64,000 nucleotides of DNA from Pseudomonadota bacterium (GTDB lineage: Bacteria > Campylobacterota > Campylobacteria > Campylobacterales > Sulfurimonadaceae). The position numbers and the translations under genes are program-made. The notes under the pieces were generated by a model. That model saw only the letters and a list, made by a program, of their open reading frames with translations. It ran no database searches and was not told the origin of the DNA. The stretch spans positions 64,001 to 128,000 of the forward strand of contig JAZDQA010000001.1 of NCBI GenBank assembly GCA_043797085.1. Reading direction: 5' to 3'. Each line of letters starts with the position of its first letter. Positions within the stretch are counted from its first letter, which is position 1. Below are positions 32,731 through 43,210 of the stretch, piece after piece.

Positions 32731-32815
32731 GCACGCAAGCGTGCGTGGGCTTCCTGCCGAAGGAAACTCAGCGTTAGCGTAGCCAAGAGGGATTTTATTC
32801 CTCTGGCGTATAAAA
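32731..32815 (+). repeat. Multi-hairpin element with GTAG-tagged palindrome (family shared with 49947-50021)
   Basis: GCACGC-aa-GCGTGC, TTCCT-gccga-AGGAA, AGCG-tt-AGCGTAGC-CAAGAGGGA-tttta-TTCCTCTG-GCGT-ATAAA. Confidence 0.65.
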
Positions 32816-32831
32816 CGACATAGGAGTTTAA

Positions 32832-33656
<825 letters not shown>

Positions 33657-33683
33657 CGTCACGTCATGTAACGTTACGAAAAG

Positions 33684-34109
33684 TTACTTTCCTATTATTG
33701 GCATCCTTTCTAATTTTTCTACATTTGAAGCCTCTTTGGGCTTCCCTTCATTTAGTTTTGCTTGTTTCTCATGATACGCTTTCCATTTATCCGCATATTT
33801 TTGTAATGTAAACGATGTTTCATCCGCAGGCTCAGTCACAACTTCTTTGGTGGTTGTGACTACTTTTCCATCAGGAGTTGTCGTTGTTTCAGTAGATGGT
33901 GCAGCAGTCATCGGTGTCCACTCTTCTTTTAACCACTTGTCTAATGATCGCTGCATGGCACCTCCCTCGGATGCGGCAGTATCACTGGGTGAAACAGTTT
34001 GCAGATTATTGTTTTGAGAGGGCGCAACACCCGTAGTGTTGGCAGCGCATCCGCTTAAAACAAGAGCCGATAATGCAGTGTAAAGATACGATTTTGCTTT
34101 TATTCGCAT
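33684..34109 (-). CDS. Hypothetical lipoprotein
   Basis: Lipobox LSGC after hydrophobic stretch; T/P/E-rich linker; 141 aa; AAGGA upstream. Confidence 0.75.
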   Translation of the reverse strand: MRIKAKSYLYTALSALVLSGCAANTTGVAPSQNNNLQTVSPSDTAASEGGAMQRSLDKWLKEEWTPMTAAPSTETTTTPDGKVVTTTKEVVTEPADETSFTLQKYADKWKAYHEKQAKLNEGKPKEASNVEKLERMPIIGK

Positions 34110-34368
34110 GAATTTCCTTTGATGGTAAAGTTATTATTTTGAAGTAAACCAAACTATACCACAAAGTAATGCAGAATGGTTTGATACGGTATAAAAGTAA
34201 ATACGACAAAATTGTTAGGATTACTTTTTAGAGAATTTATATTAGGTAAACGAATAGTAAATATTTTTTTGGAATAACAGCGTAATTTAAGATTTCCAGC
34301 GTTACAATAAACCCGACGAAACAAAACAGGGGTAATCCCCAAAGTCAAGTTTTATTTAAGGAGAATCA

Positions 34369-35580
34369 ATGAAATTAGTAAAAATGAGCCTCGTGGCAGC
34401 AATGGTGATGGGCGCAAGCGCATTCGCGATCGACAATGTAAAAATTAGCGGTGATGCTAAACTTTTCTACGGCACTGATGACCAAGGTACTGCAGGTCTT
34501 TTAGATAAAGCTTCTAGCTATGCAGATACAGCCGTTCGTCTTGGTGCAACAGGTGATCTTGCAAAAGGTATCTCTTTCGGTGTTACGGCTAATGCAGTAA
34601 GTACATTAGGTCTTGAAAATAACCTTGTAGCAAATACATGGACTGGTGCTCATAATGCAGCTGTAGAAGATCACATGTGGGTTAGTGAAGCATGGATGGC
34701 AGCAACTATGGGTAAAACTACCGCTAAAGTCGGTCGTATGGCTCTCGATACTCCATTAGCTTTCTCTGAAACATGGTCAGTTGCAGCAAACACATTTGAT
34801 GCAGCAGTATTGATTAACCAAGATCTTCCTGATACAACTTTGGTTGGTGCATGGGTTGGTAAAAGTAATGGTGTAGATGCTGCTAATGCGTCTGCAAGTG
34901 CAGCAGACAGAGATGGTATTATGCGTGATGGTGCTGCATTTGGTGATTTTGCTTTAGAGGGTGCTTATGCAGCTGCTATCGTAAACAACTCATTTAAACC
35001 TCTTGTTGCACAAGCATGGTATTACAATGTTGTAGACGTTGCAGATGCTTATTGGTTGCAAGCTGATTGGGATTGCCAATTGGTTAAAAATGTAAAAGTT
35101 GGCGTTCAATATGCTAATATGTCTCCAAAAGGAACTGGTATTGTAGTTGCTGGGACTGCTAATGATTCTTCGGCTTATGCAGTTAAAGTTGCTTTCGCAG
35201 GTGTTAAGAACCTAAATGTTTCTGCTGCATATTCAGATGCGGATAAAGATGGTGGTTTAAAAATTCAAAACGTAGCTGCTTCAGGTCAATCTAAATTATA
35301 TACTGAATCATATTGGAGCTATGGCTTCGTAGGTGCTCCTGATGCTACATCTATGAATCTTACAGCTGAATATACTGCTGAAGATATCGCAAAATTCGGT
35401 GCTTACTATACAAGTGTAAATAATGGTGCTGCTGCTTCTGCGGGCGATTTAGATGAACTTGCACTTACTGCAACTAAATCTTTTGGACCATTGGATGCAA
35501 CTTTGGCTTATATCAATACAGAAGCAAATGCTGTTTCTAGTTACAATACTGTACAAGCATACTTAACTCTTAACTTCTAA
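34369..35580 (+). CDS. Major outer-membrane porin (Campylobacterota MOMP/OprD-like)
   Basis: MKLVKMSLVAA signal, GRMALDTPL motif, C-terminal LNF, strong AAGGAG, highly expressed codon bias. Confidence 0.88.
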   Translation: MKLVKMSLVAAMVMGASAFAIDNVKISGDAKLFYGTDDQGTAGLLDKASSYADTAVRLGATGDLAKGISFGVTANAVSTLGLENNLVANTWTGAHNAAVEDHMWVSEAWMAATMGKTTAKVGRMALDTPLAFSETWSVAANTFDAAVLINQDLPDTTLVGAWVGKSNGVDAANASASAADRDGIMRDGAAFGDFALEGAYAAAIVNNSFKPLVAQAWYYNVVDVADAYWLQADWDCQLVKNVKVGVQYANMSPKGTGIVVAGTANDSSAYAVKVAFAGVKNLNVSAAYSDADKDGGLKIQNVAASGQSKLYTESYWSYGFVGAPDATSMNLTAEYTAEDIAKFGAYYTSVNNGAAASAGDLDELALTATKSFGPLDATLAYINTEANAVSSYNTVQAYLTLNF

Positions 35581-35593
35581 GAGTTTTTTTCTT

Positions 35594-35620
35594 CCGTCAT
35601 ACCCGTGTATAGGGTATGGC
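35594..35620. other. Hairpin after porin gene; 3' stabiliser or degenerate CGTC-type repeat
   Basis: CGTCATACCC-gtgtata-GGGTATGGC; no downstream U tract. Confidence 0.45.
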
Positions 35621-35662
35621 ACTCTCCTTGACTCCATTTCTTTCATCCGTTATAATCAATTT

Positions 35663-36616
35663 ATGAAATATTTATTACGTTCTCTTGCATATACATTTTT
35701 AATGCTTTTTCTTATTTCCCTTATCTCTTTTGGCGTAATGCACGCAGCACCCAACAGCTTTATGGGCGGTGAGCTAAATCCCAATATGACTCCTGAGAAC
35801 ATTGCACTGCTCAAAGCTATTTATGGTCTCGATAAACCATTGTTTCAACAATATGTCGATTGGGTGGTAAATCTAGCACAGCTTAATTTCGGAATATCGT
35901 TTGTTAGTGGTGAGCAAGTGAGTGAGGTGGTGACGCAACGGCTTCCTGTGACACTGTGGTTGAATATGATTGCTTTGGTAGTGACGTTTGGTATGTCGTT
36001 ATGGTTGGGTATACGTGCGGCATTGCGTTATGAACGTCTCAGCGATCATGTTATTAGCCAGTTTTCACTTCTTAGCTTTGCGATGCCTTCGTATTATTTG
36101 GCATTGGTATTGATGATGATGTTTAGCGTGACGTTGGGGTGGTTTCCGATCAGCGGATTGCATTCACTTGAGCAGCCAACAGGGATTGGATATTACATCG
36201 ATATGGCATGGCATTTGGTCATACCCATATCGGTGATGGTTATGACGGGTGTGGGGAGTTTGGTGTTGTATATCCGTTCTCTCACGCTCGAAATTCTCAA
36301 AAGCGATTATGTCTATTTTGCACGTGTGCGCGGGATAAATGAGAAAACGATTATTCGTTATTACATCCTCCCCAACCTTTTGCCTCCGATTGTGACGATG
36401 CTGGGACTTTCTCTTCCGGGACTTATCGGTGGATCGGTGATATTGGAATCGATTTTTGGTATAGAGGGGATGGGGCAGCTTTTTTATGCCAGTGCTATGA
36501 GTCGGGATTATCCGGTGATTATGGGGATTTTGATGATGAGTGCGTTTTTAACATTGATCGGCAATCAGGTTGCGGATGCGGTTTTGTTGAAGTTGAATCC
36601 GTTTGTGAAAAGATAA
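35663..36616 (+). CDS. Peptide/nickel ABC transporter permease (DppB/OppB type), stand-alone
   Basis: YGLDKPL..QY..W, DYVYFARVRG, SRDYPVIMG. Confidence 0.9.
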   Translation: MKYLLRSLAYTFLMLFLISLISFGVMHAAPNSFMGGELNPNMTPENIALLKAIYGLDKPLFQQYVDWVVNLAQLNFGISFVSGEQVSEVVTQRLPVTLWLNMIALVVTFGMSLWLGIRAALRYERLSDHVISQFSLLSFAMPSYYLALVLMMMFSVTLGWFPISGLHSLEQPTGIGYYIDMAWHLVIPISVMVMTGVGSLVLYIRSLTLEILKSDYVYFARVRGINEKTIIRYYILPNLLPPIVTMLGLSLPGLIGGSVILESIFGIEGMGQLFYASAMSRDYPVIMGILMMSAFLTLIGNQVADAVLLKLNPFVKR

Positions 36617-36629
36617 TTCTTAATACTGT

Positions 36630-36741
36630 ATCCCTCGAATTACCCAAAGCCAGCTTTTTTGGCATACCTGCCAAAATAAGTTGAGCGATTATGAGAGGGA
36701 TGATTTTCTTTTGTTTCTTTTCTTATGAAAAAGAAAAGAAA
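36630..36741. repeat. Structured intergenic element, copy 1 (family shared with 58837-58949)
   Basis: Outer stem ATCCCTC/GAGGGAT, inner hairpin, AGCGATT, then GATTTTCTTTTGTTTCTTTTCTT-N6-AAGAAAAGAA. Confidence 0.7.
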
Positions 36742-36749
36742 GTTAACTT

Positions 36750-37871
36750 TTAATTTCCGAACAACGCCTCAAGAGAACCAATACCCTCTTTTTTCTCCTC
36801 GGTAGAACCAGCACTTTCCCCTTGCTCTTTGAGTTCGATGATGTAACCCGTCAGCATGGATGCAAGACGGATGTTGATACCGCTTTTTCCGATAGCTTTG
36901 GATTTTTGGTCACTTGGGAGAGTGACGATTGCTTTTCGCTCACCGTTTTCATCTTCGGTAACACTGACTGCGCTGATGATAGCAGGACTCATGGCGCGAG
37001 AGATGAACAGCTCAGGAGATGCGCTGTACTCGATACAGTCAATGTTTTCACCGCAAAGCTCTTCGCTTACTGCGTTGATACGAACTCCGCGAACACCTAC
37101 GGTTGCACCGATTGGATCGATTTGAGGTCGGTTGGTGTAAAGGGCGATTTTGGCACGCTCACCCGGGATACGGGCACATTTTTCGATGACAACGATACCG
37201 TCTTTGATCTCAGGGACTTCCAGTGCCAGAAGCTCTTCTAAAAATTTAGGTGCAGTACGGGAAAGTTCCATGGAGATACCAACAACTTTATCTACATTGA
37301 CACGACGTACGATGGCGCTGACGACGTCACCGACTTTGAATTTTTCACCTTTGATACGGCTTTTCATCGGCAATACAGCACGTATCTCATCGATTTCGAT
37401 AGTCGTGTTTTGGTCATTATCGACGCGCGTCACACGACCGGAAACGATTTGGTTGATTTTATTTTTGTATTTATCGTACAGTTCATTTTCGACAAGGCGC
37501 TGAATATGAAACTCGATTTCGCGGTGGAGTGTAGCAAATGCACTTCGACCGTAGGTTTCAAGCTCATGCTCCATTTGAAGCTGATCGCCGATTTCGGCTT
37601 CATCATCGATCTCTTTTGCTGCGGTGATGCTCATGTAAGCACCGGCAGAATCGCCCTCAAGCTGAGGGGCATCATCGGCAATAACCGTGATGACTTGACG
37701 AAGTTTTACTTGTTTGGTTCGATCATCAATATCTGCTTCAAACGCGAACGTCGGATTGATAAGACGTTTTGCAGTTTGGATAAAGGAGGTTTTGATGGCC
37801 TCTGTGACATTTTCACGGTTGAGACCTTTTTCACTGGCAATTGAATCAATAATATCTAGCATATTTTCCAT
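36750..37871 (-). CDS. nusA: Transcription termination factor NusA
   Basis: S1 and KH domains; EVPEI, ARIPGERAK, AIGKSGINIRLAS. Confidence 0.97.
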   Translation of the reverse strand: MENMLDIIDSIASEKGLNRENVTEAIKTSFIQTAKRLINPTFAFEADIDDRTKQVKLRQVITVIADDAPQLEGDSAGAYMSITAAKEIDDEAEIGDQLQMEHELETYGRSAFATLHREIEFHIQRLVENELYDKYKNKINQIVSGRVTRVDNDQNTTIEIDEIRAVLPMKSRIKGEKFKVGDVVSAIVRRVNVDKVVGISMELSRTAPKFLEELLALEVPEIKDGIVVIEKCARIPGERAKIALYTNRPQIDPIGATVGVRGVRINAVSEELCGENIDCIEYSASPELFISRAMSPAIISAVSVTEDENGERKAIVTLPSDQKSKAIGKSGINIRLASMLTGYIIELKEQGESAGSTEEKKEGIGSLEALFGN

Positions 37872-38035
37872 AGGATTATCCTCTTATTTGGGTAGATCAT
37901 AAAAAAATAAAGGGTTATAAAGGGAGCTTTTTTATGAAGAATAGACAGTATACAAAAAAAACGCTTAATAGGATATTTATTGAAACACCGATATAATCCA
38001 AAATCATATAAGAACTCTATTCAAGGGATACACCA

Positions 38036-38278
38036 ATGGAACTAAAATTTGCACGCACTGAGCTTGACGCAAAACCAAAAAAAGTTGATTTGAAAAAAAT
38101 CACTGAAATGGTCGAAAAAAACAACTCGCTTATTCTCTATTTTGACCGTGAAAATTCACACAAAGATCTTCTTGCATTGCAAGATCACTTCGAGGGTGAA
38201 GGCAAAAGTTTTTACATGCGCGAAGTGAAGTTCGGACTTTCTGCAAGTGAATACATGTATGAGGTTCACATCTTATAA
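38036..38278 (+). CDS. HP0268-family small nuclease
   Basis: 80 aa, [17 protein letters not shown]; precedes miaB as in H. pylori. Confidence 0.8.
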   Translation: MELKFARTELDAKPKKVDLKKITEMVEKNNSLILYFDRENSHKDLLALQDHFEGEGKSFYMREVKFGLSASEYMYEVHIL

Positions 38279-39579
38279 TGTCTAAAAAACTTTTTATCGA
38301 GACGCTCGGATGCGCGATGAACGTGCGCGATTCGGAGCACATGATTGCAGAGCTTAATGCACGTGAGGGGTATGAACTTACTACCGATGCACGCGAAGCG
38401 GATTTGATTCTCATTAACACTTGTTCGGTTCGTGAAAAACCGGTACATAAGCTTTTTTCGGAGCTTGGAGTATTTAAAAGGTTGAAAAAAGCGGATGCCA
38501 AAATCGGTGTGTGCGGATGTACGGCGTCTCATTTGGGTAAAGAGATCATCAAAAGAGCACCCTATGTCAATTTCGTTCTCGGTGCTCGAAATGTCTCAAA
38601 AATCGGTGACATCATTCACAAAGACAAAGCGGTTGAAGTTGAGATCGACTATGACGAATCTCAGTTTGCGTTTAAAGATTTCCGTGCCAGTACTTATAAG
38701 GCGTACATTAACATTTCTATCGGATGCGATAAGCAATGTACCTTTTGTATTGTCCCCAAAACGCGCGGTGATGAAATCTCTATTCCTGCGGATTTGATCG
38801 TCGGTGAAGCACGTCGTGCAGTTGAAAATGGGGCGAAAGAGGTCTTTTTACTGGGTCAAAACGTCAACAATTACGGTCGCCGTTTTTCAGCGGATCAGGA
38901 AAAAGTGAACTTTAGCGAGCTTTTGCGTCGTGTCAGTGCGATAGAAGGGTTGGAGCGTATTCGTTTTACTTCTCCTCATCCGCTTCACATGGACGATGAG
39001 TTTATCGAAGAGTTTGCCCGCAATCCTAAAATCTGTAAATCAATGCACATGCCATTGCAAAGCGGTTCAACGGAAATACTCAAAGCAATGAAGCGCGGAT
39101 ACTCTAAAGAGTGGTTTCTAAACCGTGCAGCAAAGCTTCGCGAGATGGTTCCTAATGTCAGTATCAGTACCGATATTATTGTGGCATTTCCCGGTGAAAG
39201 TGATGAAGATTTTGCTCAAACGATGGAGGTCTTGTCTCAGGTTCGTTTCGAACAGGTGTTTAGTTTTAAATACTCTCCGCGTCCTCACACCGAAGCCGAA
39301 GCGTTTACGAATGCTGTAGATTCTGAGGTGGCATCGGCACGGTTGCATACGCTGCAAGCGCATCATGACAGTATTCTCGATGAGATTTCCCTTAGCAATA
39401 AAGGTAATATCGTTGAAGTCTATTTCGAGGAACTTCGCAATGACGGATACATCGCAGGACGCACCGATAACAATGTCGGAGTGAAAGTAAAAGGGAGTGA
39501 AGAGTGGCTGGGTAAAATAGCCCGTGTGAAAATAACGGAGGTTTCCAGAACAGTTCAATACGGGGAAATTATTGTTTAA
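38278..39579 (+). CDS. miaB: tRNA-i6A37 methylthiotransferase
   Basis: [25 protein letters not shown] radical SAM, TRAM domain. Confidence 0.96.
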   Translation: MSKKLFIETLGCAMNVRDSEHMIAELNAREGYELTTDAREADLILINTCSVREKPVHKLFSELGVFKRLKKADAKIGVCGCTASHLGKEIIKRAPYVNFVLGARNVSKIGDIIHKDKAVEVEIDYDESQFAFKDFRASTYKAYINISIGCDKQCTFCIVPKTRGDEISIPADLIVGEARRAVENGAKEVFLLGQNVNNYGRRFSADQEKVNFSELLRRVSAIEGLERIRFTSPHPLHMDDEFIEEFARNPKICKSMHMPLQSGSTEILKAMKRGYSKEWFLNRAAKLREMVPNVSISTDIIVAFPGESDEDFAQTMEVLSQVRFEQVFSFKYSPRPHTEAEAFTNAVDSEVASARLHTLQAHHDSILDEISLSNKGNIVEVYFEELRNDGYIAGRTDNNVGVKVKGSEEWLGKIARVKITEVSRTVQYGEIIV

Positions 39580-40195
39580 GAAATTTTTCCGCGCCTTTGC
39601 CCTTGCGGCACTTCCCTTTATCGGGTCATTACTAGTCCGATTCATTTATGTAACCTCCAAAAAACGTTTTTATCTCCCTCCTGCAATTGGGAATGAACCG
39701 GTAATTTTTGCATTCTGGCATTCGGATCTTTTGATGCAAGCGTATGTCTACTATCAGCTTCGCCCTATTCCAAAAATCAAGGTTCTTATCAGTGAGCATT
39801 TTGACGGGAAAATAATAGCGGCTGTCAGTCATTTTTTTAAGCTGGGTACGATTCATGGTTCAACAACCCGTGGAGGGGCAAAAGTCCTTATCCAAGCCTT
39901 AAAAGCCCTCTCGCAAGGGTATGACATCGGAATCACTCCTGATGGTCCCAAGGGTCCACGCTACAGTGTTGGTGATGGAGTTGTCATCATGGCACAAAAA
40001 CGTCATGCCAAGGTGATTGTTTTTCATTGTCGTCCTAGCCGTTACTGGCAGTTTTCAAGCTGGGACCGTTTTGTGGTCCCAAAGCCTTTTGGAACATTAG
40101 AGTTTTATGCCTCTGAACCCATCGATTTAGAGGGGTTGGAGATGGAAGAGGCGAAAACTCTTCTCAAAGAACATTTGATGAAACATGCATTATGA
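39572..40195 (+). CDS. lpxJ: DUF374 lipid A secondary acyltransferase, LpxJ-like
   Basis: [22 protein letters not shown]...PKPF; follows miaB as HP0270 does. Confidence 0.78.
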   Translation: MFKKFFRAFALAALPFIGSLLVRFIYVTSKKRFYLPPAIGNEPVIFAFWHSDLLMQAYVYYQLRPIPKIKVLISEHFDGKIIAAVSHFFKLGTIHGSTTRGGAKVLIQALKALSQGYDIGITPDGPKGPRYSVGDGVVIMAQKRHAKVIVFHCRPSRYWQFSSWDRFVVPKPFGTLEFYASEPIDLEGLEMEEAKTLLKEHLMKHAL

Positions 40196-41037
40196 GTATT
40201 GCGTTATTGCATCACGATAAAGAAGCATTTTTAAAATACCTTGATGGGATGAGGGGATATTCTCCCCTGACGATACGCAGTTACGAAAATTCTATCAATC
40301 AGATGTTTGATAAGGCTGATATTAATGAAGAGGACGGAATGCTCAAGATTAATTTGACTCGTCTTCGACTTTATATTTCTCCTTTAAGTGTCAAAACAAT
40401 CTCCGCTAAACTCAGTGCCATACGTAGTTTTGTTAAATATTTAGACGCAATGGGCAAGGCAGTCGAGCTGCGAGGCGATGAGAGCGTGAAAGTACCGAAA
40501 ACTTTGCCAAAACCCATTTCCCATGAACATATTATGAGTGCGCTAGCGCATGCAAATCCTTTTGAGAAGTTGATAATTCTATTATTGTACTCGATGGGAT
40601 TGCGTATTTCTGAGCTCTCTAATCTCAAGATTGCCAATGTTGGAGAGCAATGGTGCCGTGTTTTGGGAAAGGGGAGAAAAGAACGGGATGTCCCTATGTT
40701 GCACGAAGTATACACCTTGTTTAAAGAAGCACAAGCTTCCGCCCCCTGTAAAGAATATGTTTTTGAGGAAAGAGGAGAAAAATTAAGCGAAAATAGTCTA
40801 AGATATACCCTTATCAAGGCATTTGCCGGGGTGGGTCTACGTGCCACTCCCCATCAGCTCAGACACGCCTATGCCACGGAGTTATTAAACAATGGCGCTC
40901 GAATCGCCGATGTTAGTGAATTACTCGGTCATGAAAGTATGGCTACAACACAGATTTATACGAAACTGGGGAGCGCACTAAAAATGGAAAATTATTTACA
41001 TGCGCATCCCTTGTGTATTAAAGCAGAGGATTCTTAA
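40192..41037 (+). CDS. XerC/XerD-like tyrosine recombinase
   Basis: GLRISEL, GKGRKER, HQLRHAYATELL, LLGH, TTQIY: complete R-K-H-R-H-Y set. Confidence 0.92.
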   Translation: MSIALLHHDKEAFLKYLDGMRGYSPLTIRSYENSINQMFDKADINEEDGMLKINLTRLRLYISPLSVKTISAKLSAIRSFVKYLDAMGKAVELRGDESVKVPKTLPKPISHEHIMSALAHANPFEKLIILLLYSMGLRISELSNLKIANVGEQWCRVLGKGRKERDVPMLHEVYTLFKEAQASAPCKEYVFEERGEKLSENSLRYTLIKAFAGVGLRATPHQLRHAYATELLNNGARIADVSELLGHESMATTQIYTKLGSALKMENYLHAHPLCIKAEDS

Positions 41038-42078
41038 GTGTTGGAACGATTGTTTCAAAAAATATTTGTTGCTATTGTTTCCGGCAAAGACGGCTATGAT
41101 ATCCAAAGTGTAGTAGTTAAAAAGAAAAAAATACTCCATAAAGAGTCTCGCCATTTTGTAGGGGACGTTCCCTCTGCCGTAATGATCCGTTATATTGATG
41201 ATGTTATTGATCCGTCTCCATTTTTTTATATAAGTACATTAAATCTTCATGCAAACCAAGGGGCGTATGACGGATGTTCCAAGCCGGCTGAATATCTGCA
41301 CAAGCAAGATGCTGTTGGAATTCAAACGCTTTGCCGTGATGAGAAGTGGACGCAATACGCCTCTCAAGACGCTCTTTATCAGTTGCGCTCCCATTATACT
41401 GCTACTGGACTGGATTTTATTTTTTCTCCTTTTTCAATGATTGAATTTTATTTTGCCGATAAGATTAAAAATTCTTTTGCATTGTACGCTTTTGGGATGC
41501 CGGAGCTTTTCAGTGTTGCTATTTTTGATAGCGGTAAGCTTGAATATGCGCACCATTATGCACTTGGAAGTTCTAGTGTCACTATTGATGATGAGGATTC
41601 TGAGCTGGAATTTACCTCTCCTTCATTGGAGCATGAGATGCATGAGGGGACTATTTCGTTGGATGATATAGAGGATCTTGATGATCTTGATTTGTTGGAT
41701 GATTTGGACAGCTTTGGAGATATTGCGGATCTTGATGACCTCGCTGAGGTGAGCGAGTTTAGCGAAGACACTCCGACACCAGAAGAAAAACGACAAGAAC
41801 GAGATAATAATACGAGCGCGGTTAAGGATGAAATCGATGCGTCGAGTGAACAGTATCAGCGCTTTGAATTTATCCAAAAAACATTGGAGCGTTTTTATGC
41901 CAGCTCGCATTGTCATAACCGTTTTGTTGAAACGGTTTGTATTGCCGATTCAAGCAGCAGCAGTGATGAATTAAAGCGTTATTTAGAAGAAGAGCTGTTC
42001 TTGAATGTATTGATTCGTAAAGTGGATGTGTGCGAAGGAATTAATGCCCTTGCGCAAGCGGAAGTGGAAGGAGTATGA
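41038..42078 (+). CDS. PilM-like flagellar motor cage protein (HP0271-like)
   Basis: Synteny lpxJ..pilMNO; GLDFIFSPF motif; long acidic insert. Confidence 0.55.
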   Translation: MLERLFQKIFVAIVSGKDGYDIQSVVVKKKKILHKESRHFVGDVPSAVMIRYIDDVIDPSPFFYISTLNLHANQGAYDGCSKPAEYLHKQDAVGIQTLCRDEKWTQYASQDALYQLRSHYTATGLDFIFSPFSMIEFYFADKIKNSFALYAFGMPELFSVAIFDSGKLEYAHHYALGSSSVTIDDEDSELEFTSPSLEHEMHEGTISLDDIEDLDDLDLLDDLDSFGDIADLDDLAEVSEFSEDTPTPEEKRQERDNNTSAVKDEIDASSEQYQRFEFIQKTLERFYASSHCHNRFVETVCIADSSSSSDELKRYLEEELFLNVLIRKVDVCEGINALAQAEVEGV

Positions 42079-42605
42079 TGAAGTACAGCTTTATTACTCC
42101 GCGCCCCAAGCGAATTATCAGTGGTGAAATGCGATTAGCACTTTTTTTCTTTGGAGTTAATATTGCAATGATGACTCTTGCCTATCTTTTTTTGGCGTAC
42201 AAAACCGCCATATTTAAAGAAAATCATACATCTTTTTCCAGCAATATGAAGAAACTTGAATACTCCACGCATACGTTGGAAGAAAAAATAGCGACCATTG
42301 AAACAGAAATAAAAAAGCATGAGCAAATTTCAACCGATAATACGGTCATGGCAGAGAGTATCCATAATATTTTTGATTTGACACCGGATAATATTACGTT
42401 AATGCGGGCTGAGTTAGAGGAAAAATCACTGATATTGTACGGAATTACTCCCAACAAAGATACCTATAATTTTATGCTCGAAGCACCGTTAAAATCGATT
42501 TTCAATCGAACGTATACGAGCTTTTATCCGATTGAAAATGGATGGTATCGTTTTGTTTCGACAAATTATTTGGATGAAGAGACCCCTGTGGAGGTTAGCG
42601 AATGA
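42075..42605 (+). CDS. PilN-like protein (HP0272-like)
   Basis: One TM helix, coiled coil, PDNITL..L.LYG PilN-type periplasmic domain. Confidence 0.7.
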   Translation: MMKYSFITPRPKRIISGEMRLALFFFGVNIAMMTLAYLFLAYKTAIFKENHTSFSSNMKKLEYSTHTLEEKIATIETEIKKHEQISTDNTVMAESIHNIFDLTPDNITLMRAELEEKSLILYGITPNKDTYNFMLEAPLKSIFNRTYTSFYPIENGWYRFVSTNYLDEETPVEVSE

Positions 42606-43207
42606 ATGTACGCATTTATTATCGAACGTTTTATCTGATTTTGCTATCCATCTTGCTGCTTGTGAGTATTATCGCTTTTTCTATGTTCGTTTTAATCCCA
42701 AAAGGGAAAGAATATCGTTCGTTACGACTTGAAAATAAAAAAGAGCAAACGATTATGGACATGACGCAAGAGCGTTATGACGTAACAAAAGCAAAGCTGC
42801 AAAAGCTTGAAGAGAAGAACAAAGAGACAATTAAAGCCTATCGAACGACTTTTAATCCTGAAAAATTTACTCGGCTTAATCGGACGCAACTGCAAGATCT
42901 TTTTTTAACCGAGCTTCATGTTGCCGATCAAAATAGATCGTTTAAAGTGTATGAAGTCAATGCAACGACCAAGATTACCTCTCCCGAAGTGTTTTATAAC
43001 TTTTTGGAAAAAGTAAATCACAGCGGATGGATTATAGGGGTTCATTTCCCTGTTCATTTTGAGCGGGATCAAGACCTGATTAAACTCTCTTTCATGATGA
43101 AAGTGCACCATTTTTCAGAAGTAAAAGAAGAGGATAAAGCTCATGACGTTAAAGTAGATCCAAAGCCGGTTGATGCACATCACAAAGAAGCGCATAAAGG
43201 GCATTAA
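42602..43207 (+). CDS. PilO-like protein (HP0273-like)
   Basis: N-terminal TM, coiled coil, FYNFLEK alpha/beta domain; follows PilN-like gene. Confidence 0.65.
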   Translation: MNVRIYYRTFYLILLSILLLVSIIAFSMFVLIPKGKEYRSLRLENKKEQTIMDMTQERYDVTKAKLQKLEEKNKETIKAYRTTFNPEKFTRLNRTQLQDLFLTELHVADQNRSFKVYEVNATTKITSPEVFYNFLEKVNHSGWIIGVHFPVHFERDQDLIKLSFMMKVHHFSEVKEEDKAHDVKVDPKPVDAHHKEAHKGH

Positions 43208-43210
43208 CCT

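Noticed and set aside
36750..37871. nusA not in a rimP-nusA-infB operon
   Set aside because: Separate nusA is usual in Campylobacterota
37986..37997. ACCGATAT as a sigma28 -10 box before the HP0268-like gene
   Set aside because: Overlaps a perfect TATAAT and lacks a TAAA -35 at the right spacing; the housekeeping sigma is the simpler explanation
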